46,371 bases of DNA from Candidatus Heimdallarchaeota archaeon (GCA_020353515.1 CP070695.1:47485-93855); one strand, 5' to 3'; shown: positions 30,166-40,987, counted from the stretch's first letter. Program-made: numbers and translations. Notes: generated by a model from the letters alone, not told the origin.

Positions 30166-30737
30166 TGAATCTGTCTGAATATCAACAAAAAGCAAGAGAA
30201 ACGGCGATATATCTAGGAATTCCATATACAACAATGATATATCCAGCATTGGGCTTAATGGGAGAATGTGGGGAAGTAACAGAAAAAGTCAAGAAATTAA
30301 TACGTGACGATAACTGGCACATAACAAAAAAAAGAAGTGATGCTATAAAAAAAGGGCTTAGTGATTGTTGTTGGTATCTGGCCAATATATGTTGTGATAC
30401 TGACCTTGATCTAGAAATGATGTATCAAATGAGAGGATCATCAATTGTCCATAGGCTAAGATCATTTACTATATATCAATTAGTTATATTTTTGAATGTT
30501 AATGCATCATCTGTTGCTAATAAATTGTCGGAGTGGTATTATTCATATGAATGTCGTTTAAATGAATATCAAAGATTTATTGAAATTCCAACAAATATAT
30601 CTAATATAATAACATGTATAGAAACTATAGCCAATAGACTTGATACACAATTACATGAAATTTTAGATATTAATCTTGCTAAATTACGAATAAGAAAAGA
30701 AAATAAAACCTTACATGGTAGTGGAGATAACAGATAA
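30165..30737 (+). CDS. MazG-like nucleotide pyrophosphohydrolase
   Basis: EYQQKARETA..LGLMGECGEV.EKVKK..DCCWYLA..NLAKL..R. Confidence 0.75.
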   Translation: MNLSEYQQKARETAIYLGIPYTTMIYPALGLMGECGEVTEKVKKLIRDDNWHITKKRSDAIKKGLSDCCWYLANICCDTDLDLEMMYQMRGSSIVHRLRSFTIYQLVIFLNVNASSVANKLSEWYYSYECRLNEYQRFIEIPTNISNIITCIETIANRLDTQLHEILDINLAKLRIRKENKTLHGSGDNR

Positions 30738-30746
30738 GATTTTGAT

Positions 30747-31169
30747 ATGTCTAATAATAAAACGATAATATGTGTATATTGTGGAAAATCCTTTGAAAAA
30801 CCAATTAATAAAATTCTTCGTACAGAAAAATTGGGACAACAACATGTTTGTAGTCGTTCTTGCGCATCAAAATTAACAAACGATCAACGCAGATGTGAAC
30901 CAACTACCGTTAACGCAGCTAAAACCAGGAGGGACAAAGAAAAATTTCCAGAAAAAACCCATGCCAGATATTTGGTTAGACAGGCTATCAAAACTGGGAA
31001 ATTAATACCACTAGAACAATGCGAGTTGTGTAATTCATACGAAAATATAGAAGCCCATCATCCAGACTATAATCAACCATTTTTATTACTATATCTATGC
31101 AAGAAATGTCACTCCGATGCAGATAAAGCAACAGACAAATGGATAGATTTAGCTAATCACGTTTTATGA
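30747..31169 (+). CDS. HNH endonuclease
   Basis: CELC..IEAHHPDYNQP..LCKKCH; N-terminal CVYC..CSRSC. Confidence 0.8.
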   Translation: MSNNKTIICVYCGKSFEKPINKILRTEKLGQQHVCSRSCASKLTNDQRRCEPTTVNAAKTRRDKEKFPEKTHARYLVRQAIKTGKLIPLEQCELCNSYENIEAHHPDYNQPFLLLYLCKKCHSDADKATDKWIDLANHVL

Positions 31170-31570
31170 GGATCAAATCTGCAAGTCTCCCCAACAATAT
31201 ACGGCAAATTATATTCCGTTAAATTCAATGAAACTATAGCTACATCTCCGCTAACCAACGGAATTAATTCGATTGCCTCTTTCCCACATGCAAATGCAGC
31301 AAACGCCTCCATATTTGCCCCTAACGATTCTCTCCATCCTGGTAAAAAGGCAATTTTATTACAACAACATATTACCATATTAAGATCAAGTGTCATACAT
31401 TCAGCAAAAGAAAGTTTAAGATAACTAGTATGTTCTGATGGATTCCATACTGTAAATCCTTTTAGTCTAAGAAATTTAACCATTTTAGTAAACATTTCTT
31501 TATTAAGATTAGGATATCCACGCATCGGCCCAGCCAGATAAAAATCATACTTCTTTTTCTTAAAAAACAT
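31157..31570 (-). CDS. Nucleoside deoxyribosyltransferase-like (DUF4406-like) protein
   Basis: YLAGPMRGYP.LN..VWNP..LPGWRESLGANME. Confidence 0.75.
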   Translation of the reverse strand: MFFKKKKYDFYLAGPMRGYPNLNKEMFTKMVKFLRLKGFTVWNPSEHTSYLKLSFAECMTLDLNMVICCCNKIAFLPGWRESLGANMEAFAAFACGKEAIELIPLVSGDVAIVSLNLTEYNLPYIVGETCRFDPHKT

Positions 31571-31578
31571 ACAATCTC

Positions 31579-32430
31579 CTATTTATGATAATCCTTCCAC
31601 TCACTAACAGCAGCCTGATTAGCATGTCCAACAATTCTATCTAAGTCACATTGATAAAATCCAGAACAACTGAAACTATTAAGTTCCAATAAATATACAT
31701 TATTTCCGAATTGTACTATATCTATTACATAACACAGATCAGGTTGCCATTCATGCTGACAAATTTTTTGGGCTAGAACAAAAGCCTTATTACCATATGA
31801 TGATTCTTCGGATGGCAAATATTGACATCCAGCCACAATTTCCCTATTACAAGCAACAAATCTCCATTCGTTTGATATGATTTTAGGAGTTGATGTAATG
31901 ACTAATGTTTCTGGACCAACAGATTCAAGTATTGGTTTTATATTATTGGTTTTTGAATCTATAACTTGTCCAACAAATGGCTTAGTCCCAATATCTGGTC
32001 TTAAAAATAAACAATAATCACGACCGATTAATTGTCTACATAAATCACCAAGTGGCAACATATTATACGGTTGATTTAACAGATACCTCCCGAAATAAGC
32101 ATAATATGTGCTACATCTCAAATTCCTAAGATTGAACCATGGTCCAGGAATAAATTTTGTAATTCTATTATTATTTAAATATTGAATAAAATCTATCCCC
32201 CCATAACAAACGACACAATCTGAATGATCATACATATCAAGACGAATATGATCTCCTAATTTATAATTGACACAACGTATATTTGCACCACTACGGCCTA
32301 CGGCCCGAACAAGCCTTTTAATAACATTATCATTTTCCATATTAGAATGAATTAACCATTGTAGTTTTGGAATCATATAAATATTCTCCGCATCTTTCTT
32401 GTTACCAATATAGATTTTAATGAATGACAA
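31579..32430 (-). CDS. ATP-grasp protein (DUF4343/R2K-like)
   Basis: FLRPD..KPFVG..EWRFV..YVIDI..LLELNSFSCSGFY. Confidence 0.7.
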   Translation of the reverse strand: MSFIKIYIGNKKDAENIYMIPKLQWLIHSNMENDNVIKRLVRAVGRSGANIRCVNYKLGDHIRLDMYDHSDCVVCYGGIDFIQYLNNNRITKFIPGPWFNLRNLRCSTYYAYFGRYLLNQPYNMLPLGDLCRQLIGRDYCLFLRPDIGTKPFVGQVIDSKTNNIKPILESVGPETLVITSTPKIISNEWRFVACNREIVAGCQYLPSEESSYGNKAFVLAQKICQHEWQPDLCYVIDIVQFGNNVYLLELNSFSCSGFYQCDLDRIVGHANQAAVSEWKDYHK

Positions 32431-32732
32431 TATCCATCACATTGATGAAAAGAAAATATCTGATTATTGGGACAATATTTTCCATGTTTATTCAATTTAC
32501 GAACCCATACTTTCCATCCACCATGATCTCCAGCATCTTCAACAACATATTCTCCAGGAGAATTTATATCTAATTGTTCGCATTCATTTTTACCAAAATA
32601 TAAAACATATCCAGTTTGAACGCAATCACACAGGAAAATATCATCTGTATCTAGTGATGGTCTTATGCCAGACACAATAGGGTGTGTTTGACCACATGGA
32701 CACAACTGAAACTTTAAATTTTCATCAGACAC
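32373..32732 (-). CDS. Hypothetical Cys-rich protein
   Basis: ORF in the tightly packed minus-strand run. Confidence 0.4.
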   Translation of the reverse strand: MSDENLKFQLCPCGQTHPIVSGIRPSLDTDDIFLCDCVQTGYVLYFGKNECEQLDINSPGEYVVEDAGDHGGWKVWVRKLNKHGKYCPNNQIFSFHQCDGYCHSLKSILVTRKMRRIFI

Positions 32733-32734
32733 AA

Positions 32735-32998
32735 TTATTCATCAATTATTTCAAAATCATCCATGGCTTTTTCTAAATTTTCTGGTAAAATTTTAATAGT
32801 AAAAAAATGACCATTGCTACCTGGACCAAAAGTATAATCTTCCGCCATAATCGCCAATATAGTTAAATCTTCATCATATTTATATAATGCAGATTTAACA
32901 AGATATTTTTTGTCTGGCAATGTTGTATAGAATTTTCTCTTTGGTCTAACAATTTTATTGTGCCATTTTTTTTCAAAATCTACTGCTGGATCATTCAT
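32735..32998 (-). CDS. Hypothetical protein
   Basis: 87 aa, operon-like spacing. Confidence 0.5.
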   Translation of the reverse strand: MNDPAVDFEKKWHNKIVRPKRKFYTTLPDKKYLVKSALYKYDEDLTILAIMAEDYTFGPGSNGHFFTIKILPENLEKAMDDFEIIDE

Positions 32999-33001
32999 AT
33001 A

Positions 33002-34216
33002 TTATTCTTCCTTAATCATTCCATTCTCAATGATCACAGAACACTCTTTGCCCCTTGACACTCTTTCTAACCATATTTGAGCATCAGCCTTTTGAGCTAT
33101 TTTCGCAATCATAGCCAAATTTTTCTTATCCAACAATGATCCCTCTCTTATCAGTAATACTTTAAGTTTGGGATTCATTGCCAGTCCCATAGCAACGGAT
33201 ATTTTAATTCTTTGAGCAGCAGAACATTGATCAAATGGAATATCCCTAAAAGTAACACCATTTTCATTCAATGCTAATCCTTGTATTGGAAATTTAGCAC
33301 TTTCAAGCATATTTTGCTTTTGCCATTTGATTTCTTCTAATTTGTGAGTTAATTGACTAAATTGTTCGCGTAAACCATTAACTTGTTCTGCAAGCTTATT
33401 TCTTTTTTGTCTTTCTCTTATTTTAATATTTGTTGTTTCTGCTGATCTAATTTGTGTATGTAATTTGTCAACATCTACATCACTAAGGCTACTAACTTCT
33501 GAGCGCAATTTCGTTATCTGTTGTTTGGATTTTTTAATTTTTTCTCGTAGAGTTACCATTTCTGCTTCTAAATTTACTAAATTGGCTTCGGCCAAGTCTA
33601 GTTCATATCTTTGAGATTGATTATATCTATTGCGATCATTGGCCTTTTCCAATTTATCAATAAGTTCAGAAACCTGAACTTCTTTGTCTGGCAAATTATC
33701 GTATTCTGGAATACCATCTAATTGAGATTTTAATGCTTTCCCTCTATTATTAACTTCTGTTCGTTTGTTAAAAATAGTATTATATTCATCGTTCAAACTA
33801 TCAAAATTTAAACCAACTAATTGTTTAAGAACATTCGCCTGTTTCTTGCCATCCATTCTAGAAAACTCTAATGGATCAAAGGTTAGTTCACCAACTAATT
33901 TATCAAGCATTGCCTGTGGTGATGGAAAAACGGCACCATCTTTGTTTTTAACAACCAATCGTGTACCATTTTCGGTAAAAGTGCGAATTACTCGAATATC
34001 ACCTAAATCCACAACAACACGGGCCTTTTTCTCACCATCACGAATTGGCTTCGATGGAATAGAGCCCGCCCCATGTAAGGCATATTCTATAGAATCTAAA
34101 ACACAAGTTTTGCCTTGAGCATTATCACCGCCGACAACTACTAATGATCCATCTGGTTTAATATTAACAACTTTAAGATACTTAATATTTTCAGCCTCTA
34201 ATGCAATAATTTTCAT
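33002..34216 (-). CDS. SMC/Rad50-like ABC ATPase
   Basis: Walker A GDNAQGKT, coiled coil, signature-like CSAAQ, Walker B/D-loop LLIREGSLLD. Confidence 0.8.
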   Translation of the reverse strand: MKIIALEAENIKYLKVVNIKPDGSLVVVGGDNAQGKTCVLDSIEYALHGAGSIPSKPIRDGEKKARVVVDLGDIRVIRTFTENGTRLVVKNKDGAVFPSPQAMLDKLVGELTFDPLEFSRMDGKKQANVLKQLVGLNFDSLNDEYNTIFNKRTEVNNRGKALKSQLDGIPEYDNLPDKEVQVSELIDKLEKANDRNRYNQSQRYELDLAEANLVNLEAEMVTLREKIKKSKQQITKLRSEVSSLSDVDVDKLHTQIRSAETTNIKIRERQKRNKLAEQVNGLREQFSQLTHKLEEIKWQKQNMLESAKFPIQGLALNENGVTFRDIPFDQCSAAQRIKISVAMGLAMNPKLKVLLIREGSLLDKKNLAMIAKIAQKADAQIWLERVSRGKECSVIIENGMIKEE

Positions 34217-34497
34217 AATTATTTGATCCTTTACATAAGTTAGTGATTTACGCGAACAATTTACTCATTAATATTGGGTATTGTGTTAGCATTGGTATTC
34301 CATTTAGATGGTGGATACAAGACTATTGCCCAATCCACTCACTGTTTTTTATGAATTTACAATGTATACATTGATTGCGTCCCAAATCATAATATTCCCA
34401 AATATGACCTAAAGGATAAATCCAAAAACATTTCCTATATTTTCGAAGTTCAAGTTTAATCTCTTCCCGTTTAATCTTATTTTTAAATTTAATTTTG

Positions 34498-34701
34498 TTA
34501 ACTAGTTGTCTTTTGTTCGTTTTGATCAACTAAAGAAACATCATTAAAACTGAATGCCCTCGGACGATCCTTCTGTGGGCGACCACGCCCAAAACTTACA
34601 ACAATACCGTTTTCGCCAACTTCAACAACCTTTACTGTCTTGCCAACAACTTTTGGACAAACCTCACATCGATTAATCTTTACAGTATCACCTACGTTCA
34701 T
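34498..34701 (-). CDS. Small KOW/SH3-like protein
   Basis: MNVGDTVKI..VGKTVKVVEV. Confidence 0.45.
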   Translation of the reverse strand: MNVGDTVKINRCEVCPKVVGKTVKVVEVGENGIVVSFGRGRPQKDRPRAFSFNDVSLVDQNEQKTTS

Positions 34702-35128
34702 TTTGAACCTCACTTTCTTGATCATCTACAAAAATTCCTATTCCAATTTTAATTACAAGTTTTAATATATTATCTTCTAATTTTATTATCATATTATGTT
34801 TAATTGGTATCACAATATTATCAATATTTATAGACAAATTAAATTCATTAGCTAAAGAGTAAATCATGTTAATGATTTTTAATGAGAACATATCTATTAA
34901 ATAGCTCTCATTACAGTTATTTAATGTAAAATTAAAATCCATCATCGGAATAATAATACTATTTTCTGTGGTATCAGTACATACTTGTTCTGTATCTTGT
35001 GAATAATATGCTACTCTTGGGACAGATGTATAAAAATCTACTGGATACTCCGGAATAATATGATCTGATAGATATTCCACGCAATTATTAAATGGCCCAA
35101 GATTTAATGTTACATCGTGTCCGTTCAT
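34688..35128 (-). CDS. Hypothetical protein
   Basis: 146 aa overlapping both neighbours. Confidence 0.5.
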   Translation of the reverse strand: MNGHDVTLNLGPFNNCVEYLSDHIIPEYPVDFYTSVPRVAYYSQDTEQVCTDTTENSIIIPMMDFNFTLNNCNESYLIDMFSLKIINMIYSLANEFNLSINIDNIVIPIKHNMIIKLEDNILKLVIKIGIGIFVDDQESEVQNERR

Positions 35129-35592
35129 AATTCATTTACCTGCCATGAATTTAATAATGTTTCAATAATTTTAACTTTAAATTCCCTCAATTCAAACCCC
35201 AATATATTTATTTTTGAATTAAATTGTTTACTAAATTTAATAGCACGATCCATCATAAATTTTAACTGTTCTTGCGTCGGCAAAGAATCAATATTAATTG
35301 GTATAGCTATATCCTTATAGTCTTCTCCCCAAACAGTAGAACATTTATACCACCCATTTTCATCGTTAAATCCGGTAATTAAATCTTCAAATTCATCAAT
35401 TCTATCCGAACATTCTTCTCGAAATATTTTATTTGCACTTATTGCAACATTTCGAATTAGCACTTCATTGCGCAAGCCATTACCATTGTCAACACCGGTA
35501 ATATAGGAACACATTTGTCTTTCAAAATTGCCAGTATACGAATCGGTCTTAATAATAAATAAATAACAATCATTATTCGGGATCATAGCCAT
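35125..35592 (-). CDS. Hypothetical protein
   Basis: 155 aa; RBS AAGGA. Confidence 0.55.
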   Translation of the reverse strand: MAMIPNNDCYLFIIKTDSYTGNFERQMCSYITGVDNGNGLRNEVLIRNVAISANKIFREECSDRIDEFEDLITGFNDENGWYKCSTVWGEDYKDIAIPINIDSLPTQEQLKFMMDRAIKFSKQFNSKINILGFELREFKVKIIETLLNSWQVNEL

Positions 35593-35620
35593 TTCCTTTC
35601 TCTATATTATTATATGATAA

Positions 35621-35821
35621 TTATGTCGGTTTTTTCAAACCAATTTCATAATTTTCTGGATCATCTGATATAGAAATATCCGGGTAAAAATCATGAATCT
35701 TTTCACATTGCCAACAAACAAAACCATTTACATCTAAAACCGTTAAATCTGAAGTGTCACCATCACAAACCCAGTTGACAGAATCACACTGATCACATAT
35801 AATTTTATACCAAGTTTCCAT
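35621..35821 (-). CDS. Small Zn-ribbon protein
   Basis: CDQC..CWQC. Confidence 0.5.
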   Translation of the reverse strand: METWYKIICDQCDSVNWVCDGDTSDLTVLDVNGFVCWQCEKIHDFYPDISISDDPENYEIGLKKPT

Positions 35822-35980
35822 TTATATCACAATACTAACCTTCTTGTTTGGTCCAATATAATGTAGCATTTTACCAACCTTTCGATGTCTTAATAGCCCT
35901 AGCAATAGATATAACTGCGTCAGCCGCTATTCCACGTTGTGCCTTCATTGATATTATTCAACTCCTTTTAAACATAATTT

Positions 35981-37216
35981 TTATCTAGACACTTTAACTT
36001 TAGATATTGGTCTGCGTAATGATTCAATACTGATACCTGATCGCAAAGCAGTTACAGCACCAACCGCCTCCATATAATTACCAACTACAATAGCATTTAC
36101 ATAATTAGTACAATCTATACTTCCTATTTCTAAATTATCATCAACAGCAATAATAGGAATATCTCTCTGTTGCGCTGCTAACATTGGGACACCTAAACAT
36201 CTCCTTGGAATAACCAAACAGGATACATCAGGGCTAGAGTTAATGATTTGTGGTGCTCGATGTAAACCTTTCAGAATACAAGGCAAATATGTACGAGAAA
36301 CTGTTTCCGCTGCACATCGTGGATCAACAATACCGAAATCAATTTGTTCAACTTCCTGCGATTCCATCATTGGGGCATGCGCACAAGGTACCTGAAAACA
36401 ATGGGATATTGCATGTGTTAACATTGCCTCAACACCACCCCATGGATTTACTCCACCATTCCGATAGTAATAATCACGAACCTCAGCAGCAATTGTAGTT
36501 AATGATGTTATTGCCACAGCATCATAAATATTTTTACGATTATGGAGTATGTCAAATAACTCTTCCATCCCTTCAATAGTACCCGCTGCTCGACCTCCAC
36601 TTGACCAACCAGTTTTCATAGTAAATGGATTTTTTAGAACTACTATCTCTGGGCAATTTAATCCATAAGTAACTCTAGCAGCATTAACAACATTGATAGC
36701 AGCATCAATATAAATTGGATCGGCAGAACCGTCTATAATAACCAGTACACGATTTTGTCTAACTTCTTGTAAACCAATATTACCGAGTAGATATTGTGTC
36801 AATGAATATCCTTCAGTATACAAGGTATTTTCTGTCATTTCGTTAATATCTGAGGCATTAACAACATTAGGGTGAGTTACAAGTCTATCACACACGGAAG
36901 CCATTAATCTAGCAGTAGCACCACCATCCCCAGCATGACCACCCACAGAGGCACCTAAACCAGTGGGAATAATCAAAGCTACCCTAAATTTATCATCATT
37001 TCTAAATTTTTCTGACATATTCATAGAATAAGTGCTTGGATATAAATCGCAATTAATTCCACGAATAACATTGATACTACAATAAAATTTATCATCTTTA
37101 ATTTTTTCTACAACAAATCTAATAAGTACCTCATTATTATCATTCCATAAACGAACACCAAGCATAGATAATTCAGAAAGACAATTTAAAACAACGGATC
37201 GTTCTATAACTTGCAT
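35981..37216 (-). CDS. DUF3326 family protein
   Basis: IIPTGLGASVGGHAGDG, LVTHPNVVNASD, GGVNPWGGVEAMLTH..PCAHAP, NYMEAVG. Confidence 0.75.
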   Translation of the reverse strand: MQVIERSVVLNCLSELSMLGVRLWNDNNEVLIRFVVEKIKDDKFYCSINVIRGINCDLYPSTYSMNMSEKFRNDDKFRVALIIPTGLGASVGGHAGDGGATARLMASVCDRLVTHPNVVNASDINEMTENTLYTEGYSLTQYLLGNIGLQEVRQNRVLVIIDGSADPIYIDAAINVVNAARVTYGLNCPEIVVLKNPFTMKTGWSSGGRAAGTIEGMEELFDILHNRKNIYDAVAITSLTTIAAEVRDYYYRNGGVNPWGGVEAMLTHAISHCFQVPCAHAPMMESQEVEQIDFGIVDPRCAAETVSRTYLPCILKGLHRAPQIINSSPDVSCLVIPRRCLGVPMLAAQQRDIPIIAVDDNLEIGSIDCTNYVNAIVVGNYMEAVGAVTALRSGISIESLRRPISKVKVSR

Positions 37217-37219
37217 AAA

Positions 37220-37594
37220 TTATTCCCTTATTACTATAGTATCATTACATAAACCAGCACCAAACCAATTTACTGTGAAATTATAAGCCAGATCACAATC
37301 AAAATCTTTACAAGAAAATATATTTATATAAACTTTACCAAGTTTTGTTAAGGAATGAACAATAATAGTACTAGTTAAGATAAATTGTACAGCACTTACA
37401 CCACAGGTCTTAGGATTAGTTTGACATTCTTCCAGTGGTAATCCTTCATCATCCCAAAAATACCTATCCTGAGCCCGCATGTCAATAAGTTTACAAAGCT
37501 TATCGAAATAATTACCTATAGATTCCCTTGTAAAAGTATCAACATTACACTCACTTAAATCAAGAATCAATTCTTTCCCATATGGTTCTACCAT
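37220..37594 (-). CDS. speD: S-adenosylmethionine decarboxylase proenzyme (phage type)
   Basis: YGKELILDL..GVSAVQFILTSTIIVH..YINIFSCKDFD. Confidence 0.75.
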   Translation of the reverse strand: MVEPYGKELILDLSECNVDTFTRESIGNYFDKLCKLIDMRAQDRYFWDDEGLPLEECQTNPKTCGVSAVQFILTSTIIVHSLTKLGKVYINIFSCKDFDCDLAYNFTVNWFGAGLCNDTIVIRE

Positions 37595-38005
37595 CTATAC
37601 CTCCCAACAATATAATATTTAATAACAATATGGTGCTTTATTTGTCGTTAACATACCTCACAATCACTCCGAAATCTCTTAAGACATTCTTTCCATACAT
37701 ATACATTGAAGCACGCATTCTAGATCAATGGAAATTACTGGAATATTATCTATCCCTAACATAATTTTTTTCCTTTATTGGAACTATAATATCTTTCGAA
37801 TTAATAATTCTTTCCGGACAGAAACCTGCAATATTAATACCACCATGCGGTGGAATAATATAAACATTATTTATTAATCTAGTTGCTTCCCACCAAAATT
37901 TACAGCGTGGACATTGGCCCAAATATTTATTCGTTATTTACTTTAATTTAGACTCTATGTTATTTTTATTACTAATATTACATACAAATATCTTAATTTC
38001 ATCTA

Positions 38006-38290
38006 TTATTTGAACCAAATCTGTGGACGAAAATTCCTAATTTTTGCAGTAGTAATGGTGCGCATATTTGAAATATGCTCTATTTTTTCAGGGTTTTTTC
38101 TGATACAATCATCACATATTATAATACGAATAAATTCATCAGAATCATCATGAGGATCAAAAATTGTTGATCCATAATTACCGTTAGAACGAAACCATAA
38201 TCCACCATAAACTGGATAACCTATCGTTGGATCAGACCCATTAGTAACATTCAAATCTTTATCACAACAAAAACATTTATTCATTTTCAA
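38006..38290 (-). CDS. Hypothetical Zn-binding protein
   Basis: CFCC..GNYGSTIFD..ICDDC. Confidence 0.55.
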   Translation of the reverse strand: MKMNKCFCCDKDLNVTNGSDPTIGYPVYGGLWFRSNGNYGSTIFDPHDDSDEFIRIIICDDCIRKNPEKIEHISNMRTITTAKIRNFRPQIWFK

Positions 38291-38534
38291 AAATCAACTC
38301 CCTGTTATCATAATAATATTAATTTCTTATGGACCAGGATAGTCCAGAATATATCTATCAACAGAATTTTCAAATCTAAGCACAATATCATCAAGTCTAA
38401 TTAAGATATTATCAAGCCTATCACACAAGACATTATTAGCCTGATACATTCTCTCTGTAGCATCCATCATAATACGTGCAGCTTTCATCTGACCTTCATC
38501 GCTAATCATACTATGTCCTTTCATTATAATTTTT

Positions 38535-38792
38535 CTATCTATGCCCCACAATCAGCTCATATATTCCATATGCAGTTCCTAAAACAAATATTATATAAAA
38601 GATGATAGCTGGAATGCCAAGTATTATTATTGCGGCAATCCACATATATAAACCATCATTAGTCCATATTGCCATTGGAGGTAATATTAAAAATGATAAA
38701 ATATATGCCACAACGTAAATCACCGATATAATACGCCTTAATATGCGCAAAGTAGATCTAGTATTTTTTTCACACATTTTATAATCTTCCAA
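38535..38792 (-). CDS. Small membrane protein
   Basis: Two hydrophobic segments. Confidence 0.5.
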   Translation of the reverse strand: MEDYKMCEKNTRSTLRILRRIISVIYVVAYILSFLILPPMAIWTNDGLYMWIAAIIILGIPAIIFYIIFVLGTAYGIYELIVGHR

Positions 38793-38831
38793 ATTTTGAA
38801 TATCTCCTCAAAAATTAATTTTACTTGTCTT

Positions 38832-39098
38832 TTACCAGCCTATACCGTACATTCGATGCTCATATCCACGTTTTGTCACAGGAATCCAACGACCACATTC
38901 TTCACCCGACTGTTCCATTTTCCCTACATAAAATAAATAATATATTACTTCATCGCTAGAAAACGCACGATAATATCTTTCTATTCTACCCTTAGTTATC
39001 TCTGGTGGATCATTAAGAACACAAATTTCCTTTTCCTTTTTACAACCAGACATCAAAATAACAGAAAAAATCAAAATCAATATAATCCTATTAAACAT
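38832..39098 (-). CDS. Putative lipoprotein (paralog of 42202..42558)
   Basis: Signal peptide with lipobox-like LMSGC; NDPPEIT motif. Confidence 0.6.
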   Translation of the reverse strand: MFNRIILILIFSVILMSGCKKEKEICVLNDPPEITKGRIERYYRAFSSDEVIYYLFYVGKMEQSGEECGRWIPVTKRGYEHRMYGIGW

Positions 39099-39205
39099 CA
39101 GAACAATCCCCTTATAAGAAATTATACAAAATCACAGGTAAATAATAACATTTAAAAATATTTCAAATATATCCACACCCCATAATTAATTAATCTAAAC
39201 TTATT

Positions 39206-39529
39206 CTAATATAAAACTGGACAACCATTTCTCAATAAACAAAGTATTAAACCAGTATCACATAAATCTAGGCAAAAGTCTTTACTCATTTTTGCAAGTT
39301 TAGTACAATAAAACCATTCAATACCACCGGGATCAGGTAATTTATTACATTCATTCATATCATCATGATATTGATTTACACAAGAAGCATCGCAATCGAT
39401 TTTATCTGTGTGACAAGATTCGCAAACAGTGGGGACTTCTCCACTATCACGTAACTTACTATTAATAGTTGTGGTGTGTAATGTACATCCACCAAATATT
39501 GTAATCATACATACTACTAGCTTTTTCAT
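39206..39529 (-). CDS. Cys-rich putative lipoprotein
   Basis: MKK-hydrophobic-FGGC; CESCH; RBS AAGGA. Confidence 0.55.
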   Translation of the reverse strand: MKKLVVCMITIFGGCTLHTTTINSKLRDSGEVPTVCESCHTDKIDCDASCVNQYHDDMNECNKLPDPGGIEWFYCTKLAKMSKDFCLDLCDTGLILCLLRNGCPVLY

Positions 39530-40225
39530 TTTTATTCCTTTAAATCAAAATTTTTCAACCCAATAATATATTTACAACAATTAGAAATAGAACACGAAAC
39601 CAGTCAATATAAATTTGTTTTAAACATATATTACAATTCATCAATTCTCAATATATTTATTCTTCCTCCAATGATTCAAATATATTTTTAGGATAATCAG
39701 GAAGTGGATAATCGGAGTAAATACATCGTACTGGCCGATTAAACACAGACTTTATACCACAATATGGACACATAATACTGTATTGGGTAGCAAGTTTACC
39801 TTTAGGAATAAACCGACAAAGTGGTCTATTACAATTCCTACATCCCTCACACATAATATAATGTGATTGTCTAAATTCTCTCTTAATATTTTGTCGTCGA
39901 TAATAATAAATAGTACAATTCCATAATGACGGACCCACCCAAACAGATAGAACAATCAAACCAATTATCACCAACAATTGGCATCAACGAATCAATCTCT
40001 GTTTCCACATATAATAATAATCCTTTCTTTTGGGTCATCACCATTGATATTAATTTCAACTTCAAGAATTTGTCCACAACCAAAACATTTAATTTGATTC
40101 ATATTTCAATCAATCCTCATCAACAACCCAGCATACTCATTTATCATATTATATAATTAATCAACCGATATATTTCTTAAAACCTAAAAATTAGCTAATT
40201 CTAATCCAAAATAATTTATAAACAC

Positions 40226-40987
40226 CTATTCTTTTGCGCACCCTGGCCAATGATAACTGTGCTTGGTTTCACCCATATCGATCAAAAACCATCGTTGATC
40301 ATGTTCTGACCACATCCAATCAACAGACCATTTCCCACCCAAAGTAGCCCCTACTAAACTACTCAGTTTGGTCAATAATTCAATTTCAGAATCTGTCTCG
40401 ATATTAATTTCATCAAGTAATTCTTTCCATCGACCAACGGAAACTGGACTATTATAAAATGCTTCTGGTGGCCAATATGGATGATGACATATAACCTGAT
40501 CATCATTAACAAAATAACGCCTTTCTTTAACTATGGGCATATGACCATAAAAAGCAAAAAAAGCAGGACAAGTAAGTATTTGTTCCCTAACTACCCAACA
40601 ATCTGTTGGAAATCCAATTAGATCGGCCATTGCGCTAGTTTCGACCAGTTTAAAAATACTTGATCTAACTTGTTGGGGATTTTTTACACTACAACTTTTC
40701 ACCCAATGATGTTTGTCGCTCAAAAAATCCGTACGTAAAAACATTGGCCATCCAACCTCATTACCAGCCTTTATTATCCAATTACAAAATGAATCATAAT
40801 CAGGTGGTTTTTTATTATCCAATAAACAAATTAAATTATGATTCTGATGACGACGAATAATTTTGGTTTTAGGAACAAATATATCAGGATGAGATGGTAA
40901 TCTTGGAAACCACCAAGAAAATCTCGTCCGATTATTAGGATCACTTCTCATTTTTGCCAAATCAATCCATGTTTGTTGATTAATCAT
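40226..40987 (-). CDS. ATP-grasp-like protein
   Basis: PMFLRTD..KH.W..WVVRE..ERRYFV..WSVD..WFLIDM. Confidence 0.55.
   Translation of the reverse strand: MINQQTWIDLAKMRSDPNNRTRFSWWFPRLPSHPDIFVPKTKIIRRHQNHNLICLLDNKKPPDYDSFCNWIIKAGNEVGWPMFLRTDFLSDKHHWVKSCSVKNPQQVRSSIFKLVETSAMADLIGFPTDCWVVREQILTCPAFFAFYGHMPIVKERRYFVNDDQVICHHPYWPPEAFYNSPVSVGRWKELLDEINIETDSEIELLTKLSSLVGATLGGKWSVDWMWSEHDQRWFLIDMGETKHSYHWPGCAKE

Noticed and set aside
35835-35948. 25-aa ORF (MKAQRGIAAD...) with RBS, possibly a truncated gene
   Set aside because: Too short and without a recognisable motif; cannot be distinguished from noise
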